Shown: positions 12,262 to 26,756 of the stretch, piece by piece | Numbering within the stretch: position 1 is the stretch's first letter | How the letters are laid out: every line of letters begins with the position of its first letter | NCBI RefSeq assembly: GCF_009834535.1 | Contig: NC_045697.1 | Span: 83,454,001 to 83,518,000 of the forward strand | DNA from: Camelus ferus | Taxonomy: Eukaryota | DNA: 64,000 bases | Direction: 5' to 3' | Position numbers and translations under genes: made by a program | Notes under the pieces: model-generated | What the model was told of the DNA's origin: nothing | Database searches by the model: none | What the model saw: only the letters and a program-made list of their open reading frames with translations

Positions 12262-12416
12262 ATTTTTTAATTTTTTAAATTTTTTTTAAAAATTGGGGGA
12301 GTAATTATGTTTGCTTGTTTATTTATTTATATATTTTAATGGAGGTACTGGAGATTAAACCCAGGACCTCATGCATGGTAAACATGCACTCTACCACTGA
12401 GATATACTCTCCCTCC
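12262..12416 (-). mobile_element. Camelid-type tRNA-derived SINE (Vic-1-like)
   Basis: Same tRNA-like head with AT-rich tail as the other copies. Confidence 0.85.
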
Positions 12417-12629
12417 ACCACTGGTAAATTTTGTAGACACTTTTGTTATATGTTCATATATTTGCTTTGACATTTTTCAAGTCTTTAACTTATATTTCCC
12501 TCTCTTTGGCTTTTTTGGTCAGACAAGCCAAGTTGTTTTCCTTAGAATATTCAAAGAATCAACCCTTGATATAACTTATCATAAAATCCTGCCGATTTAA
12601 CCCATTATGTATTTCTCAAGAACTTCCTT

Positions 12630-13375
12630 TTCTCTTCACCTCATCATCACACTTGTCCAAGCTACCATCATCCTTTGTACGGCAACTGTGAAATCTCCCT
12701 AATAGCACTGCAGTATCTCTCCCTGATCCTCCTCCAATCCATTCTACACATGCCAGCAGAGTGACATTTACAGTAACACAAATTTTACTCCATCTCCACC
12801 CCTGCTTACAACATTTCAATGAATGCCAGAGGGGTCCCATAGGAAAAAGGCAAACTCTAACATAGCCTACGAAGTTCTGCCTTGTCAGCCCCGAGCTGGC
12901 CTCTGACCTCTGGCCTCATTTCACCCCATGCCTGCACATGTCCTCCCCATTCCATCCACACTGGATTTCCTTCAGGCAGTTGCACTCACCAAGCTCCCTT
13001 ATCTCAGGGGACCTTTGTAGTGCAATTTCCCCTGCCTGGGATGCTCCTCCCTGCCCTCCGTGGTCAGATAAACCTACTCTTCCTTCACACTACAGCTCAA
13101 CCACTCTTTTCTCAGGAAACGTTTCCTAATCTCTCTGACTAGGTCAAAGCCCCTAGAAAAGTTTTCTTGGCACAACGTACTTCCTCCTATCATATGTCAC
13201 AATCGCAGTTTTATAATTTTTGGTGGAATGATTTATTCCTGTCTCTTTGCCTCCCTGGAGGGTAAACTCTATGAGGACAGGCTCCCAATAATCTGGCTCC
13301 CACCTCATCCCTGGACTTAGTATAGAACCTGGCACACAGTGGACACGCCATAGATCTTTGATAAATTAATGACCA
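12630..13375 (+). mobile_element. L2 3' portion
   Basis: ctccaatccattctacacatgccagcagagtgacattt…ctcaggggacctttgtagtgcaatttcccctgcctgggatgctc…gtaaactctatgaggacagg…agaacctggcacacagtggac. Confidence 0.8.
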
Positions 13376-13399
13376 ATACTGTCAAATCTGGTGAGATGG

Positions 13400-14720
13400 C
13401 ATGGTATGCATGGCAAAGCTTTGAATGTGAAAATACATGTTTTTCAGTTCTTCAATATTTTTCTAAATAGATCCCCTCTGCTTTCTTTTTCTGGTACTCT
13501 TAATACGTTTTTTAATGTCTTAATTCTTTTAACTTCTTACCTTTTCCCTACAACTTTGTTCGTTTGTTTTTAACAGAGGTATTAGGGATTAAACCCAGGA
13601 CCTTGTGTACGCCCAGCATACACTCTACGACTGAACTAACCCCTTGCCCTCTTTCCCTACAATTTTAGATTTCTTTGTATTTTGGTTACTTTCTGAGAGA
13701 TTTATTTAACTTTTATGTAATTTACCTCATATTGAAAGTATCTTGCAAGCATGATGGATGCGTTCTGGGTGGTGCCACACATTTTAACATTAAAGGTTAA
13801 ATTATTTTGTACATGCAAGCAACATGAATAGTTTCCCCCGCATGGGATCACTGATTATAAAAAGATGACACACCACATGGGCATCACACAACTTAGTGTC
13901 TTTTTGAATTGAGAAGCTAACAAACTGTCTAGTTATGTTTCCCCCAAAACCGCTGGGTAGTAACTGAGTCTCTAGCCAACATATTCTTCCAAATAACAGA
14001 TTTTTTTGATTAGCTATGGACTTTTAATATGTAAGTATGCTCTGATTATCCCTGTGAGTTTTTAAGAATTTTTATGATTAAGTATTCTCTCCCTTTAAGT
14101 ATTCTTCTACTCCCTGCATTGTCTTTATTTCTCTGAGTTCCATTTTCTATTGATTTGGTTTTGGTTTTAGTATTTCATGTTGGAGACGTCTCTCAAATGT
14201 TTAATTATTATTTTTGATTTATTCATATTTAAGAGATAATAGCCATCAGATTGGAAGTTCTACCTTTGTGGGTGCATTTTGTTTAGTGGAACCCTGCCAA
14301 TTTGTTGAGATATCTGCATATGTCAGCAATCATGTGTCTTTCCCTGGAGAAATTTTCTCCAGGGAAGAACCTGTTGAGTTGCGTTAGCCTACCAGCAATG
14401 ATTTGCCAAGAGGCACAAGTCCAAAAGGTACAATATATCTGGGTGGTCTCACTATTCAGTATGTAAGCTTTTATGAAATCATCTCTGTTTGGTCCGGCAC
14501 TTCTTGCTTATATTCTGCTATGCCCGCTGTCCCTGGCCTGGAGTCTGTTGGCTTAATTTCCCCAAACAAGAAGATCCTAGATTCCTGCCCAAAGTGGTGA
14601 AGGACAGGTTTCTACCCACACAGAATACAGGAGGGAACCATACTGTCTAATTAATCTTTTTGGACTTCCAAACAATCCCATAGTTTCAGGCCTCAGCCCC
14701 TATTTTTAGAAATCACCACT
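13400..14720 (-). mobile_element. Old L1M fragments (ORF1/5' region), degraded
   Basis: T-rich reverse-L1-like sequence (ttcttctactccctgcattgtctttatttctctgagtt…tttcatgttggagacgtctctcaaatg); interrupted by a SINE. Confidence 0.45.
13554..13651 (-). mobile_element. Camelid-type tRNA-derived SINE
   Basis: tRNA-like head; TSD tttccctacaa at 13543-13553 and 13652-13662. Confidence 0.85.
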
Positions 14721-16581
14721 AACTTTCAGAGCAAAGAAAATATTACAAGGAGTAACAGCATCATTTTTCTAATTCTTTTATTCTGAGACTGAAGGTGCCT
14801 TTATGATCAGCAGCCACCTAATGGGACTCTTCTCCCTGGTCCTGTGCTCAGTCACTAGCTTTTCTGCAACCGGGACACATTAGGAGATGCTGCTTCTCAT
14901 CCTCTGTGACGGCCTTCGTTCTGTACCTCAGCTCTTCCTCTGACAGTAGAAACAATATGTGCATTTAGGTTTGAGAAACTCACAGATTACAACCCCTGTA
15001 GCTGGGATTTTGTTTTCTCCTTGAGAACCAACGTGGATCATTAGGAAAACCTCAGACTGGGAACAAAAGACCTACAGATCAATACTAGCTCTCTCAAAAA
15101 TTCGCTGTATCTTTAAACCACTCACTTAGCTGCCTTGTTAGTTTTTTTGATCTGCACAGTGCTGAGACTGGATTTGTAATCCCTAAAATCCTTTCTATTT
15201 CTAACATCATAGGATTGACTAAGGTGATGTGATTGTACTTTGGATAGAATAGAATAATAGACAAAAAGGCTGATTGTACTTGCACCAACCCTTTAAGGAG
15301 CCTTGACTGTCTAACATTTTCAGTAACTAATTGCCAAGATTAATGACAAAGTCACCTAAAAACAAAAGTCCCATAACATACTCATTATCAGACAGAATCA
15401 AGGATACTGAACTTGCAAAAATTGAGAACCTTTCATTTCTGGCCCTCTTTAATTAACAATTTGTTTAATTTCTTTTTTAATACTGACAGGGCATTTGGGA
15501 AGAGCAGGGTTCGATTTCTTCCTGTAAAGGTAGATAAATAATTTCTTTTACTTATACAGTTCTTTGCAGTTTTCAGAGCCTTTTTACCTGCACTTTCCAT
15601 CGAGTGGCCATAATGACCCAAGTGAAATCAGCAGAACGGGCACTGGTGTTATCCTCATTTCCTAGGTAGCAACAGCAAGAGCCCCTAAGTGTCACAAGGA
15701 TAGCAAGCAAAGCCAGGACCTCTAACCTCAAGCATGATTTCTGTATCTTGTGCTGCTTTCCCAGAAAGGCTCTGGAAGATAAGTGTACTCTCCTTATAAA
15801 TAGATATGTCTGAGTGGTTTATTAAAGTCCAAAATTAACCAAAGATTATAAACTAGTAAGTACTGGAGATGATGTCTCACCACCTTCATTCCCAATATGA
15901 CTTTCAGATTTCAAAAGTACTTTTCACTTCACAGCCTAAATCAAAAAGTTCAATTACACTGTTGGCTGAACATAGAAGTCAAAACTATGTATGATATGTG
16001 TGAATTCTGTTCTGTCAAACTTGGAACACAAAGTAACATTCAAGTTAAGTTACACCATCCATTCACTAAGGGAGGCAACATATCCTTCTGTTTTGTAATT
16101 TCCTACCGTCCCAAGGCTTAAAGGGGCCCTATGCGCTTGTGATGTAGGGTGCCTCCTACAGATCTGTAATCCTTTCAAAAGCCTTATCATGGCCCTGGGT
16201 ATGTGTCCTCCATGCCATCAATCACTACCCTCTCTCCTTGGGAGCAGAAGGATCAGACCCTTTGTTCCCTCAATTACTTCCATTACTGTGTCTTTAGAAA
16301 CACACAGTCTTCTTGAACTGTCCATGATGAATGTCCAGTGTGGCATCACCTTCATTCCTAATGGATGTGACTCCTGTACTCAGAGCAGAGCTCTCACTTC
16401 TCCCAAGAATGAGTCCTCAGAGAGCATGTTCCTCCTCAGGAGCTTAAGCTGTCAATGCCACAGAGATGTTTTTGGATTCAGAATTCACTGACGCAAGCAA
16501 TGAATTGAAGTGGATCATTTAATCCCACATCCTGTAAGTAATTCCCAGCAGTAATTTAGAGCCTTAAAATAATCATGTCCT

Positions 16582-16725
16582 GGGGAGGGTATAACTCAAG
16601 CGGTAGAGCACATGCTTAGCATGTATGAGGTCTTGGTTCAATCCCCAGTACCTCCTCTAAGAATAAATAAATAAATCTAATTATCTCCCCCAACAAAAAT
16701 AAAGGTTTAAGAAATTTTAAAAAAG
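16582..16725 (+). mobile_element. Camelid-type tRNA-derived SINE (Vic-1-like)
   Basis: GGGGAGGGTATAACTCAAGCGGTAGAGCACATGCTTAGCATGTATGAGGTCTTGGTTCAATCCCCAGTACC followed by an A-rich tail. Confidence 0.88.
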
Positions 16726-17186
16726 AAGTTATCCATAAAAAAAAAGTCCTTTTATAATCAAATGGAAAATGGTAAATACAATTACAGATTTCCACCTGTG
16801 AGATTGCCTAGCAAGCAATACAGGGAATGTACTGTCTTATGTAACCAAACTATCTAGAGATGTGACTGATAAAGAGACCTGATACAGAGACTCCGACAAC
16901 ATCAACCAGGATCTGTTTCTTTCCACATCTCCACTCTTGTTTCTGCAGTAAAAGCATCCACTTCAGGCTCCACACAATGACCGGCCTAAAATACACTCTA
17001 CCTCGATGATAGGGAGGTTCCTGTGGGTTTACAATAGTCACACCCTCGCATCCCAGCAAAAGTTTCCTTCCATCTCATTGACTCTGCCTGGGTTATTTAC
17101 CCATCCCTCAGTGGTTCTCTATTGCTAGTAATTTGGCCACTCCTGAGATCAACTCAACCTCACTCAAATCATATTGAATTAGATGA

Positions 17187-17425
17187 GTAGTGCTTTTCAA
17201 ATTGTAAATAATATCTCATTTGTGGGCCATACACTCAATACAATGGACTACAAGCAACTTTTTTAAAGAATAGACTAACATAAAATAGAAATAAAAGTAT
17301 CAGAGTGCAACACCATTAGTAATATTTTTTGTTGAAACTTGCTTAGTTTTAAATATGCATTTGTTTGATATGGAGTGATGTAATTTTTTTCTATGAACTG
17401 CAGTGGAAAAGTTTGAAAGGTAGTA
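17187..17425. mobile_element. hAT-Charlie non-autonomous DNA transposon remnant
   Basis: Ends tagtgcttttcaaa…aagtttgaaaggtagta resemble Charlie TIRs; subfamily not determined. Confidence 0.45.
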
Positions 17426-19397
17426 TTTAGAATAAGAGAAATTCATATCTTTCCCAGGAAAATCAAGGCATTGATTGGAAATGGAACAGATACTGGATAG
17501 CAGCGAAAGATAAATATATACTACGTGGCATGTATTTGCTACTCATTGATTTATCATTCTTTTAATATGCAAATTATTTGCTCTCTTTTTACTAACTATA
17601 GTTTACTAGAGTAAGAGCAATAGCCGTTTGACAAAGTGTTTTCTATGAGTTCAGGAAAGCAATATTTTTTAAAGGCCATTTAAATCTTTCATCTCTGCCA
17701 CCCCAACCAAATAAGAGGTGTATTTTCCCATCAAACAAGCTTATTCCATTTGTGCTGTGAAGTAAGCATGACCTTTAGCTCTAAGCACTGTGTACTCAAA
17801 TACCAAGTTATTTCTTGATAGTTCCTGTCTTTTTTATTCATGATGGTTATTTTAATTTTAATCTAGAGGCTTCCCTACAATCAGTCTCTGGATGGCACCC
17901 ATGTGTGTCAAGAAGAAATCATGTAACAGAGAAAGGACAGGACCAGCAATCAGGGGGCCCAGACCCCAGGCCAGCTCCCCAGCCAGTCCTAACAGCTTGG
18001 GTCTTCACATTCTCTGTGGCTCAGTTTCTTGAAATGTTACAAGAAGGAAGATGGTGAAATTCACTCCTAAGAGAACATCCATCTTTACAAGACTCACTGG
18101 AGTAACAGTAAGTTGAGCAGGGTTTTCAGCTGTTAAGGAACAAAATATATAGCAACTTTTATTTCTGTATCACCAGATCATAACACAGTAGGAGGAAAGA
18201 TGTCTCCTGATGAACGGACATAAAGGAACATCAGCTAAAGTGTGACGTTTATTAAATGAGTTAACAGGTGTAGGAGACCTAGCACATTGTCTGGATCTCA
18301 GGAGGTTCTCAATAAGAGGAAAGGAATATCAATAAACACCTAGTAAACAATGTTTAATTTCACCAGTAACAAAAGAAAGACAATATAACATGATGATGCA
18401 GTATTTTCCACCAGTCAGATTAGTGATGATGAATGAGGGTGACTTTGCCCAAAATTGCTTTAGGTGTGTGATATAAACATGTAGAGCCATGAATATAAAA
18501 ATCCCTGGAAGAATATAATAACAGTTATCTGTGTTGTGGTAATACAAGTGATTTGTGTGTGTGGAGGGGGGTGGTGTGTATGTTTAAAAAAAAAAGCTTT
18601 GATACTGTACAGAAATTTATAAAATAAAAATAAAATATTTTTTAAAGAAAAGAGGCAAAGGTGAGGAGAAAGCAAGTAATAGAGACTTGGAAATAAATTT
18701 TTGAAATGGTCCAAGGCTATTTCCTTGACAAACTGCCCCAAAGGCCCAATTCTGCTCCCAACATGATATAGCCTTTTGAATCACATGCTCATCCATTGTT
18801 CAAACCATTAATGAGAGGTTCATCTGAACTTAATCAGAAAATATTTATTGATGTCTCCTCTGTGCCCAGTTCTGAGCTACTTTTTGTGATGGAGATATAT
18901 AAATCTAAACAATAAACATCCTTAGAAAATGCATAAATTTATTGGGAAGACAAGACTTCACAGTAGAATAGCAAAGAGTAGAAGCCTAGAGGTGCATAGC
19001 AAATTTTGAAATACAAATTGAGGTGCAGAATTAGAAACAAGAGAAGCCAATATGGACTGAGTAATCAGAAAAATTTTCATACTTCAGATGGGATCTAGAT
19101 GGAATCTACTGTAGTCTTCTGCAGAGAAATCCTTGGGTCTCCTCTGCTGGTCTCTAAATCAAGATATAAACTTACCCCGTATTTCCAAAACCCTCAGAAG
19201 CTTATGGAGGGACAATAAGTAAGGAAACAGTGCTCGCAAGAACATTTCAAAGCCTCTGCCAGTAATCATTCCAGGCAGAATCATTCTCCACCTCTGCAGC
19301 TAATGGACTTTTCCTCACATAGAACAACCCAGGTGGACCCCTGGACCATCTGCTGCTGTGAATGGAGAAGCCCCCTCTGCTCCACACCGTTTGTGGC

Positions 19398-19845
19398 TGT
19401 CACATGTCAGGTGCCCCAGGAAGAAAATGCTGAGACAGAGTTTAGTGTGTAAGATGGTTATTGGGAAGTGCTCTTAGGCTCAACATCTATGGAAAGGAGT
19501 AGGAAAACATCAGAACGGGGCAAAAGGAGAGGCTGAGCATCGATGCAATCTCAGCAGAGGCCTCAGCCAACTCTCTGGGAAGCTGTAAGATGGGAATGGT
19601 CCTTCAGAGTTGTCCTGAATTAAGGAGATAAGGCCAAAATTTTTATATCTCATGTCAATTCATCATTGGATACAGGCCACCAAGAAATGGACTGTGACCT
19701 TGGGTGAGTTGCTTCTCAGCAGAAGCATATTCTGCAGACGGATGATAGCTGAGGTCTCTCTGCCTACAGCATTCCTAGCAACTGGGGAGCAAACCCTTCA
19801 ATCCTAAAGTGGAAATCCAGGTGGCTTATCACAGTGTCCTCCACA
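19398..19845 (-). mobile_element. ERVL solo LTR, LTR16A-like
   Basis: Match to reverse LTR16A (ctgagacagagtttagtgtgtaagatggttattggga…ccttcagagttgtcc…tgtgaccttgggtgag…) with tgt…aca ends. Confidence 0.8.
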
Positions 19846-20185
19846 TGGCCCTTGTCAGTAATGCTGTATCACCCCAGGACCCCTGTGGGCCCCCAGCACA
19901 TGGCTGTGCTCTTCCTCTCTGTTCATATTCTCCATCTTCTCTGTGATCCTGCTACTCAGAGACGCCAGGATATACCCTTCACTGAAAAAAGAGGCAAAGA
20001 TATTAGAAGCCTTAACATAAAAGCTACTTTCAGGTCAGAATTGTGTTGTCTGAGCGTCTCCAACCACAACCTGGTCTGTGTGCTGTTGGGGCATTGGTTT
20101 TCCTCCATGCCTGCCCCCTGGGTGATGGAACAATGGTTTCACGTGCCCTTGGGTTAGGAACACAACTGCTTCACTTTATAACCAT

Positions 20186-20508
20186 TGTCTTAGTCCACTG
20201 GGTGTACTATCACAAAATACCATAGACTGAGTGGCTTACAGACAACAGAAATTTATTTCTCACAGTTCCAGAGGCTGAGAATCCAAGATCAGGGTGCCTG
20301 CCTGGGTGGGCCTTTTTCCTGGTGTCCTCATAGGGTGGAAGGGTGAGGGATCTCTCTGGGGTGTCTTTTATAAAAACACTAATTCTATTTGTAAGGGCTC
20401 CACATCATCACCCGAGCAAATCTCAAAAGTGCCACCTCCTAACAGCATCGCAGCTGGCATTAGGATCTCAACACATGAATTTGGGGGGAACAGGTTTAGA
20501 CCATAGCA
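20186..20508 (-). mobile_element. MaLR solo LTR MLT1A-type
   Basis: tgtcttagtcc…aaaataccatagactgagtggcttacagacaacagaaatttatttctcacagttc…acatgaatttggggggaac…gaccatagca; flanked by ccat on both sides. Confidence 0.85.
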
Positions 20509-21124
20509 CCATCGCACGTGAATGAAAGGGAAAGGCAGAAAACACAGAATTAAAATGTGCCTTCCCGTCGCTCTGAGACAGTGCTTCTGCTGCTGTGTTA
20601 GATCCTCCCAAGACCTGGAAACTAGGAAAGCCCAAGAGCCTCTCCAGAGGGAAAGCGTCTTCCCTGTCCCTCCGCCCCCACACACCCCACCTGGCCCTCT
20701 AGAGAACACTCAGCAACTAAGGCCTGACCTTCCTCCAACAGGGGCCACGTCCCCTTCGAGCCCACCCGGGTTTCAGCGTGGGATTGGCAGACTTCCCCTC
20801 TCCCGCTCTGGACCTGTGAGGAAACACTTTCCACACGTTTCAGCACAAACGCACACTGCATTTGTTAGATATCAGGGCCATACAAGGCCAGTCTCCTGCA
20901 GGTGGGGCCAGAAGACTCAAAAGATTCAAAAAGGATGCATCTCAATATAGAAAGCACAACTGGAAAGACAAGCCTCTTCTAGAGGTGAGGAGTATCATTC
21001 ATTCTGGATTTCAAGATACCAAGTCTGCCAGATGAGGGAACAGATAATAAAGAGGCTGCCAGTCTGGTTGCCTATTGAGGCTTGTAGCAAAGAAGGAAAA
21101 GTCTTAAGCTAATATTTTTCTCAG

Positions 21125-21372
21125 TGTAGTGAAATAAGAGAGTACCTGCTTTAGAATCAGATCTGGGATAAAAGCCCAGCTTTTTGGTCAATAAGCTGTA
21201 TGATGTACCGAGAGTTACTTTGCCTCTCGATCCTCAGTTTCCTGATTGGCAGAGGGGAGAAAACATCATTACCTTATAGGATTTTTGTAAAGCTTTAGTG
21301 AACAAATAAACAAATCTCACCCCAATATAGTACCTGGGAGGTGGTAAGCACTCAGAAAACAGGAGCTGTGAT
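21125..21372 (+). mobile_element. MIR SINE
   Basis: gctttagaatcagatctggga…gttactttgcctctcgatcctcagtttcct…accttataggatttttgtaaag…gtggtaagcactcagaaa. Confidence 0.75.
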
Positions 21373-24300
21373 CATCACCTCATATGGAATCTGATGGGGC
21401 CTGTTCTCTCCAAGGAGCAAGCTATACCTTTGTAAACAAGAACATTTAGACTTCTTCTAAGCTGCATCTTTTCTTGGTTATTTCTCACTATTGGGTAAGC
21501 TGTTTGAAAATTCAGGTTTTCTCAGTTGCATTAAGAAAAAGATTCAAGTCAGAATTAAAGTCCATGCAAGTGGCCAGGGAGCCAAGTGCCCACTAAGCAG
21601 GGAGAGTGTGCTCTGGGGTCGGTGACTGCAGTGCCTGCGCAACTCACTAGTGCATGGAAATAAAGAAAAAGCTGGGGCTTTGGGCTTCTGATTCCTCTTC
21701 CTAGAAGACTGGAGTTTCTGGGTATTACTATATTAAGGAGGCTGCTGTTTTCTGCAATACCTGTATAATACAAGTGAAACGCACCATGAGGTTTTCAGCG
21801 GGCTCAGAAGGCCAACATGAATACAAGAAGGTGGCTGGTGAGTAGCAAGCATAAGTGAAGCAGGCCCAGTGGAAGAACAATCCAGAAGCAATAGGGAGTG
21901 TCCAGGGCTGCGATGTTCAGGGTATAGAAGCACACGCTCTGGCCTAAGGAGGCGCACTGACAGCCTGGGAGTGTGGACCACGCATGGCTCCAGCTTCCAG
22001 TGTTCTCAAGAAAAGACAGATATCAGGACTTTTACATAAAATTTTCAACATCAGCCATTAAACTCAGTTTCATTCAATCTGTGCAAGCTCTAAAACTTGT
22101 GTGGGAAGAGTAGAGATGAGCTGATAAAAGTCAGAATACCAACACTCATAACTTCAGTTATTACTTCTCTTTATTAATACTTCTCAGTATTTTATGCACA
22201 GAGACTATTTCCTCACCAATGAAAACTGGGTTTCTAAACAACGGAGCAGGCGTGGGCCATGATCCAGAACATGCCAATGTGGAACATTTAAGACTCAGTG
22301 AGTGAACGTAAAAATTCTATTAGGTTTCAGTTAATCGTTTGTATTTACATTAAACCACATGTGTAATTACAAAAGTGATCATGTGAAACAAAGTCCTACA
22401 TACTGATGCTTTTCCCTTCAAGCCCACAAAAGAGAGTCCTCTTTTATTTCCCCACTGCCTAATCTTTACTGTACCTCCATCCACTCTTGTAACCATTGTC
22501 ACTTTTCCACGGTCAGTGCCATGGTCTCATGCACTCCATTTCTTTTAATTTGAAACCAGAACACAAGATCTAGGGACCTGAAGTTTGTTAAATCCCTTGA
22601 CCCAGCTAAGTATACGACAGAGCAGTTCACGGCAGATGGGGGAAGACTGAACCTGGGGACCAGCCTTCCTCACTGAGAAGCAGCAGGGCTGATTCCAGCC
22701 AGGAGGGAGCACAACATCCAAAAGAAGATAACAGATGTAGGTGGAGGTCCCCAGAAGGGGTCCAGGCCCTTTGTGCATCTACCTCTTAGAGCTGCCACCA
22801 CATAAATCCTCGGCTGACTCCAGTCAGGACCTACTCAGTGTCGCATAATTCAGTATTACTGTTCAGTATTATTATTGACACTGAGGCCCCATCTTTGATG
22901 AAGGTCTTTTCCGACAATGTTCTAAAAATAGCAAAAAATGTTTAATCTCCGAGAACCAGAGAGAAAGGGCTGTGTGACAAGGATTTCTATATTTACATAA
23001 TGATTACTCTGTTTTCATACCTGAGTGGAGATTTCACATGCAACCATGACTCTGGTAGAAAAGCCATCTTCCAAGAGAAATACGCTGCTGAGAACTTCTG
23101 GAAGCACATCAGCCCTGACACCTTGTTGAAGGCAAATGTTGGACCCAATCCAAGTGGTTTCTAGAGGTTTCATCTGTCCTGCTGGTTAACTGGACAGAAA
23201 CCACAAGGTCTGTAGGCTAATGAAAGGGAGCCCCATGGAGGAGGTTGTCAAAGCCATGGAGAGCCAGCAGTGAGAGCCAAGACCAGAGAGAAGACCACCA
23301 CTTTTCTAATGTAGACCTCTTCCACAGCCACCCAATCCTTCCAAATTTGGGGAATCTGCTTTCATATGCTGCTGCTTTGTGCTCTTACTTCTTACCTCTC
23401 TTTCGGTTCCATTTTCTTCATCCCCTCTGTAAGTTTAGCTGAATTTCAGAATAAAGTTATGACCACAAAATCGAAACCAATATTTTAAAAAATCATTACA
23501 AGGCAGAGTACAAGTCTGCAGGGGCAGGGGGAGGGGTCTGAAAAAGGCCACATGCAGAATTCAGGAATACAGGACATCACAGAGCACTAAGTGGACACAG
23601 TGGAGTTTAGCAGACAACACAGGGTATTATGGAAGTATAAACAAAGAAACTAAAGGGCTAGACAAATTATTAAGATTATCATTAAGACTATTAAGACAGC
23701 AACCAGTCACTAAAGCCAGTTTCTCAAGGAGCAGCTGTTCTTAGGATCAAGACAAAAGTCTTCCTGCCTGCTCTGGGCCAGTGCAGTCCTGGCAGAAAGG
23801 ACCCCAGAGTCCTGGACTAAGTATATAATTTATTTATTTCAGAACCTGTCTAAAGGAGTAAATTCTATCAGATTAATGCTTTGGGGGAATGTTAACCATG
23901 TGGTTTTGGATTTTCCAACTTTTAAAGAGAAAACAAATTTCATGTAAAATTACCAATTATTTCATGTTGGCTACCAATTCAAAACTTAGGCACTGTTCTT
24001 CCTAGAGGTAAAGGCTGAAGGATTCTACTGTACAGACTGGATATGCAGGAGCAGAAATTAAAAATTAGTAAAATGTACAGAAGTAGATTCACTTTTATAA
24101 TTTAAGGAAAAATGGGTTTTTACATTAGAATTAGGAGAAAAATATACTTAATGTCTTTGTGGCAAAGAATGTATACTTTGGCAAGGAAATCTAAGATATT
24201 TCTTTTCTTTATACTGATTAAAGATATTTTAAATAATAGTATTTTGGAGAAGTGCAGTTAAATAAACACAGTTAGGTATTTAACAAGGATACTACTGTCT

Positions 24301-25127
24301 TTTAAGTTTCCCAGATTTAAACAAGAAATATTTGTGTCAAGTGAAAGATAATGACAGATCTGGAATCTGACAGTCTACCCGTAGAACATGGCTTATAGAT
24401 TTCCTGGGAGATATTCAAATCCACTCTCAGCATAGAATGTTCTGGAACTGAAGAAAAGTTGCACTGATATCAGGAGTTCTCTCTTTCTGTTTAAGTCTGC
24501 CACTTCTTAAAATAAAACAGAATAAAGTGAGTATGTTTGTCCTGGACATGGAAGACTAATTGAGTTTTCTTTGAAAATGACTTAAACATTTTGAGATTAA
24601 AATTTTTCCTAAGTTTTGTATTATTCTGAGTTCCAACATGATATAAAAGTTGCACACCATGGAAAGAAATCCAGTGGAGCAGAGTATCCCCATAAGAACA
24701 TCTACTGAACCCCAGAAGATCTGTTTGTACATCAGATTGTAATTCATTTCGCACTTACCCAGAGCTCACTGCCATATACTTCTGATAAAACAAACTAGAC
24801 TGTGAAATTCAGAAACTGCTAAGGTCGACTAGCAACACTGCTCAACACAAAAGAAAGCAATCCTGGTGCACCTGAGATGCCAAGGGACAGAGACAACAAA
24901 ACCCACTTTTTTCACTTGCCTTTTATCCTGGGATGGGTGGGTCAAAATCATAAAGAATGTTTCCCAGCTGAACGCTTTGTTAAAAAACTCCTCAAATAAT
25001 TTGTTTGCATTGAAAAAATACCACATACTACCACATTTAAGAAATATGTTTAAACTATAGCAAAAGGAGAAATAGGAAATGATAGGAACAAAAGGTAAAA
25101 AGCCATAAATCAAATTTTAAGTCCGTA

Positions 25128-25318
25128 AGGGAGTAGGGTATTGCCCAGTGGTAGATGCATGCTTAGCATGCATGAGGTCCTGGGTTCAATCCTCAGTACC
25201 CCCATTATAAATGAAAAAACAAACATATCTGATTACAACCCCCCCCCAAAAAAAAGTTTAAAAAAAAGATAAGGGTAAAAACAGAAAAAAAATTAAAAAT
25301 AAAGTATAAAAAAATTAA
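25128..25318 (+). mobile_element. Camelid-type tRNA-derived SINE (Vic-1-like)
   Basis: GGGTATTGCCCAGTGGTAGATGCATGCTTAGCATGCATGAGGTCCTGGGTTCAATCC followed by a long A-rich tail. Confidence 0.85.
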
Positions 25319-25849
25319 ATCCACATCTAGTGAATGCATGATGGTAAGAATCATGATGGCTACACAGTCCCTTCCTTAGTGGAGCCTAAAATCTAATATA
25401 GGAGGGAAACAATATAAAGACATGAAATGATAAATAGTTTCACATGTTTAAAATGCAAACACTTCAAAAGGGAAAAATGAGATGAAGCAACACAGTATTA
25501 ATTACCAAAATCACTACAAAGAGAAAAAGAATGACTTCAGCCTGAGTTTTCCCTGAGAAAGAGAATTTGAGCTTAGTCTTAGACTAGGGTAGTGACATAC
25601 TATGTTCTACAGACTCGAATGTGCAAAGATCATGAAATTACTTTGCTCAAATCAAATATGACTCAAGTCTGTGTGGTTCTTTGCAGGCAGGTGACTGCCA
25701 TTTCTATGCCAAGTTTGGACAGGAGAATCTTGGTTTATGCCAGAGTCCTGATACCCAAGTTTTCTTCTACTTGGTGAGACAGGAACCCCTTCATTCCTCT
25801 TCACACTGTGCCACCCAATCTCCTAACATTCCCAGAGAGTATCACTCTC

Positions 25850-26302
25850 TGTAGTGGGATGACTAGTGTTCCCCCATATCCATGTTTCCCTGAAATCGCA
25901 GGAATATGACCTTATTTGGAAATAGGGTCTTTGCAGATGCAATTAGTTAAGGATCTTGAGGTGAAATCATCCTGGGTTTAGGGTGGGCCGCAAATCCAGT
26001 GCAAGTGTCATTATAAAAAGAAGAGAGGACACAGAGACATAGAGGTTACCTCATGAAGATGGAAGCCAAGGATGAAGTGATGTGTCTCCAAGCCAAGGAA
26101 CACCAAGGATTGCCAGCAATCACCAGAAGCTAGGAGAGAGACCTGGAACAGATTCTCCCTCAGAGCCTCCAGAAGGAACCAATGCTGCTGACTTCTTGAT
26201 TTTGGACTTCTGGTATCCAGAACTGTAAGAGAATGAATTTCTGTTTTTTAAAGTTAAGAAGTTTATGTGAATTTGTTGCAGTAACCCTAGGGAACTAGTA
26301 CA
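25850..26302 (+). mobile_element. MaLR solo LTR MLT1C-like
   Basis: gaccttatttggaaatagggtctttgcagatg…gccaaggaacaccaaggattgccagc…cagattctccctcagagcctccagaaggaacc…; TG…CA ends; perfect 5-bp TSD ctctc (25845-25849, 26303-26307). Confidence 0.9.
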
Positions 26303-26756
26303 CTCTCCTTTTCTCTTTTTTATCCACCTTCAACACAGTACCCTTCCTGTTCTCCTTCAATCCCAAACATAAATCTCTCAAGGACTGTGACCTTCTGAAT
26401 AAAACAAAATCTGGAAAACAGTTTGTCTATAAACAACTTCTACTTTCGGACTAGAAGGCATCCCTTCTCCCTCTTTATTCAAGGATCTACAAAAGCCTGA
26501 GAACCTGTTTGGACAAGGGAGGGAAAAAGAGATGACAAAATGCAAATTAATATTTTGTGTGGAAAGCATATGGGCAAAAGTGCAGGTTGGGAGGTACATA
26601 TGCAAAGTACTGACTGGAAGAACCAGGATCAAGAGACAATGAAGGCATGATTCAAGAAATAAAAGAGTACTAAAGTAAGGAAACAGTCTAACATAAATTT
26701 AAAAGAATTGGGGAAATATTTTAAAACCACTGAACACAAGGCTAAAAGGCTTAGTC

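Noticed and set aside
16582..16655. tRNA gene-like sequences (also at ~5.4, 12.4, 13.6, 25.1 and 30.9 kb)
   Set aside because: Diverged copies with AT-rich tails and TSDs: SINE heads, not tRNA genes.
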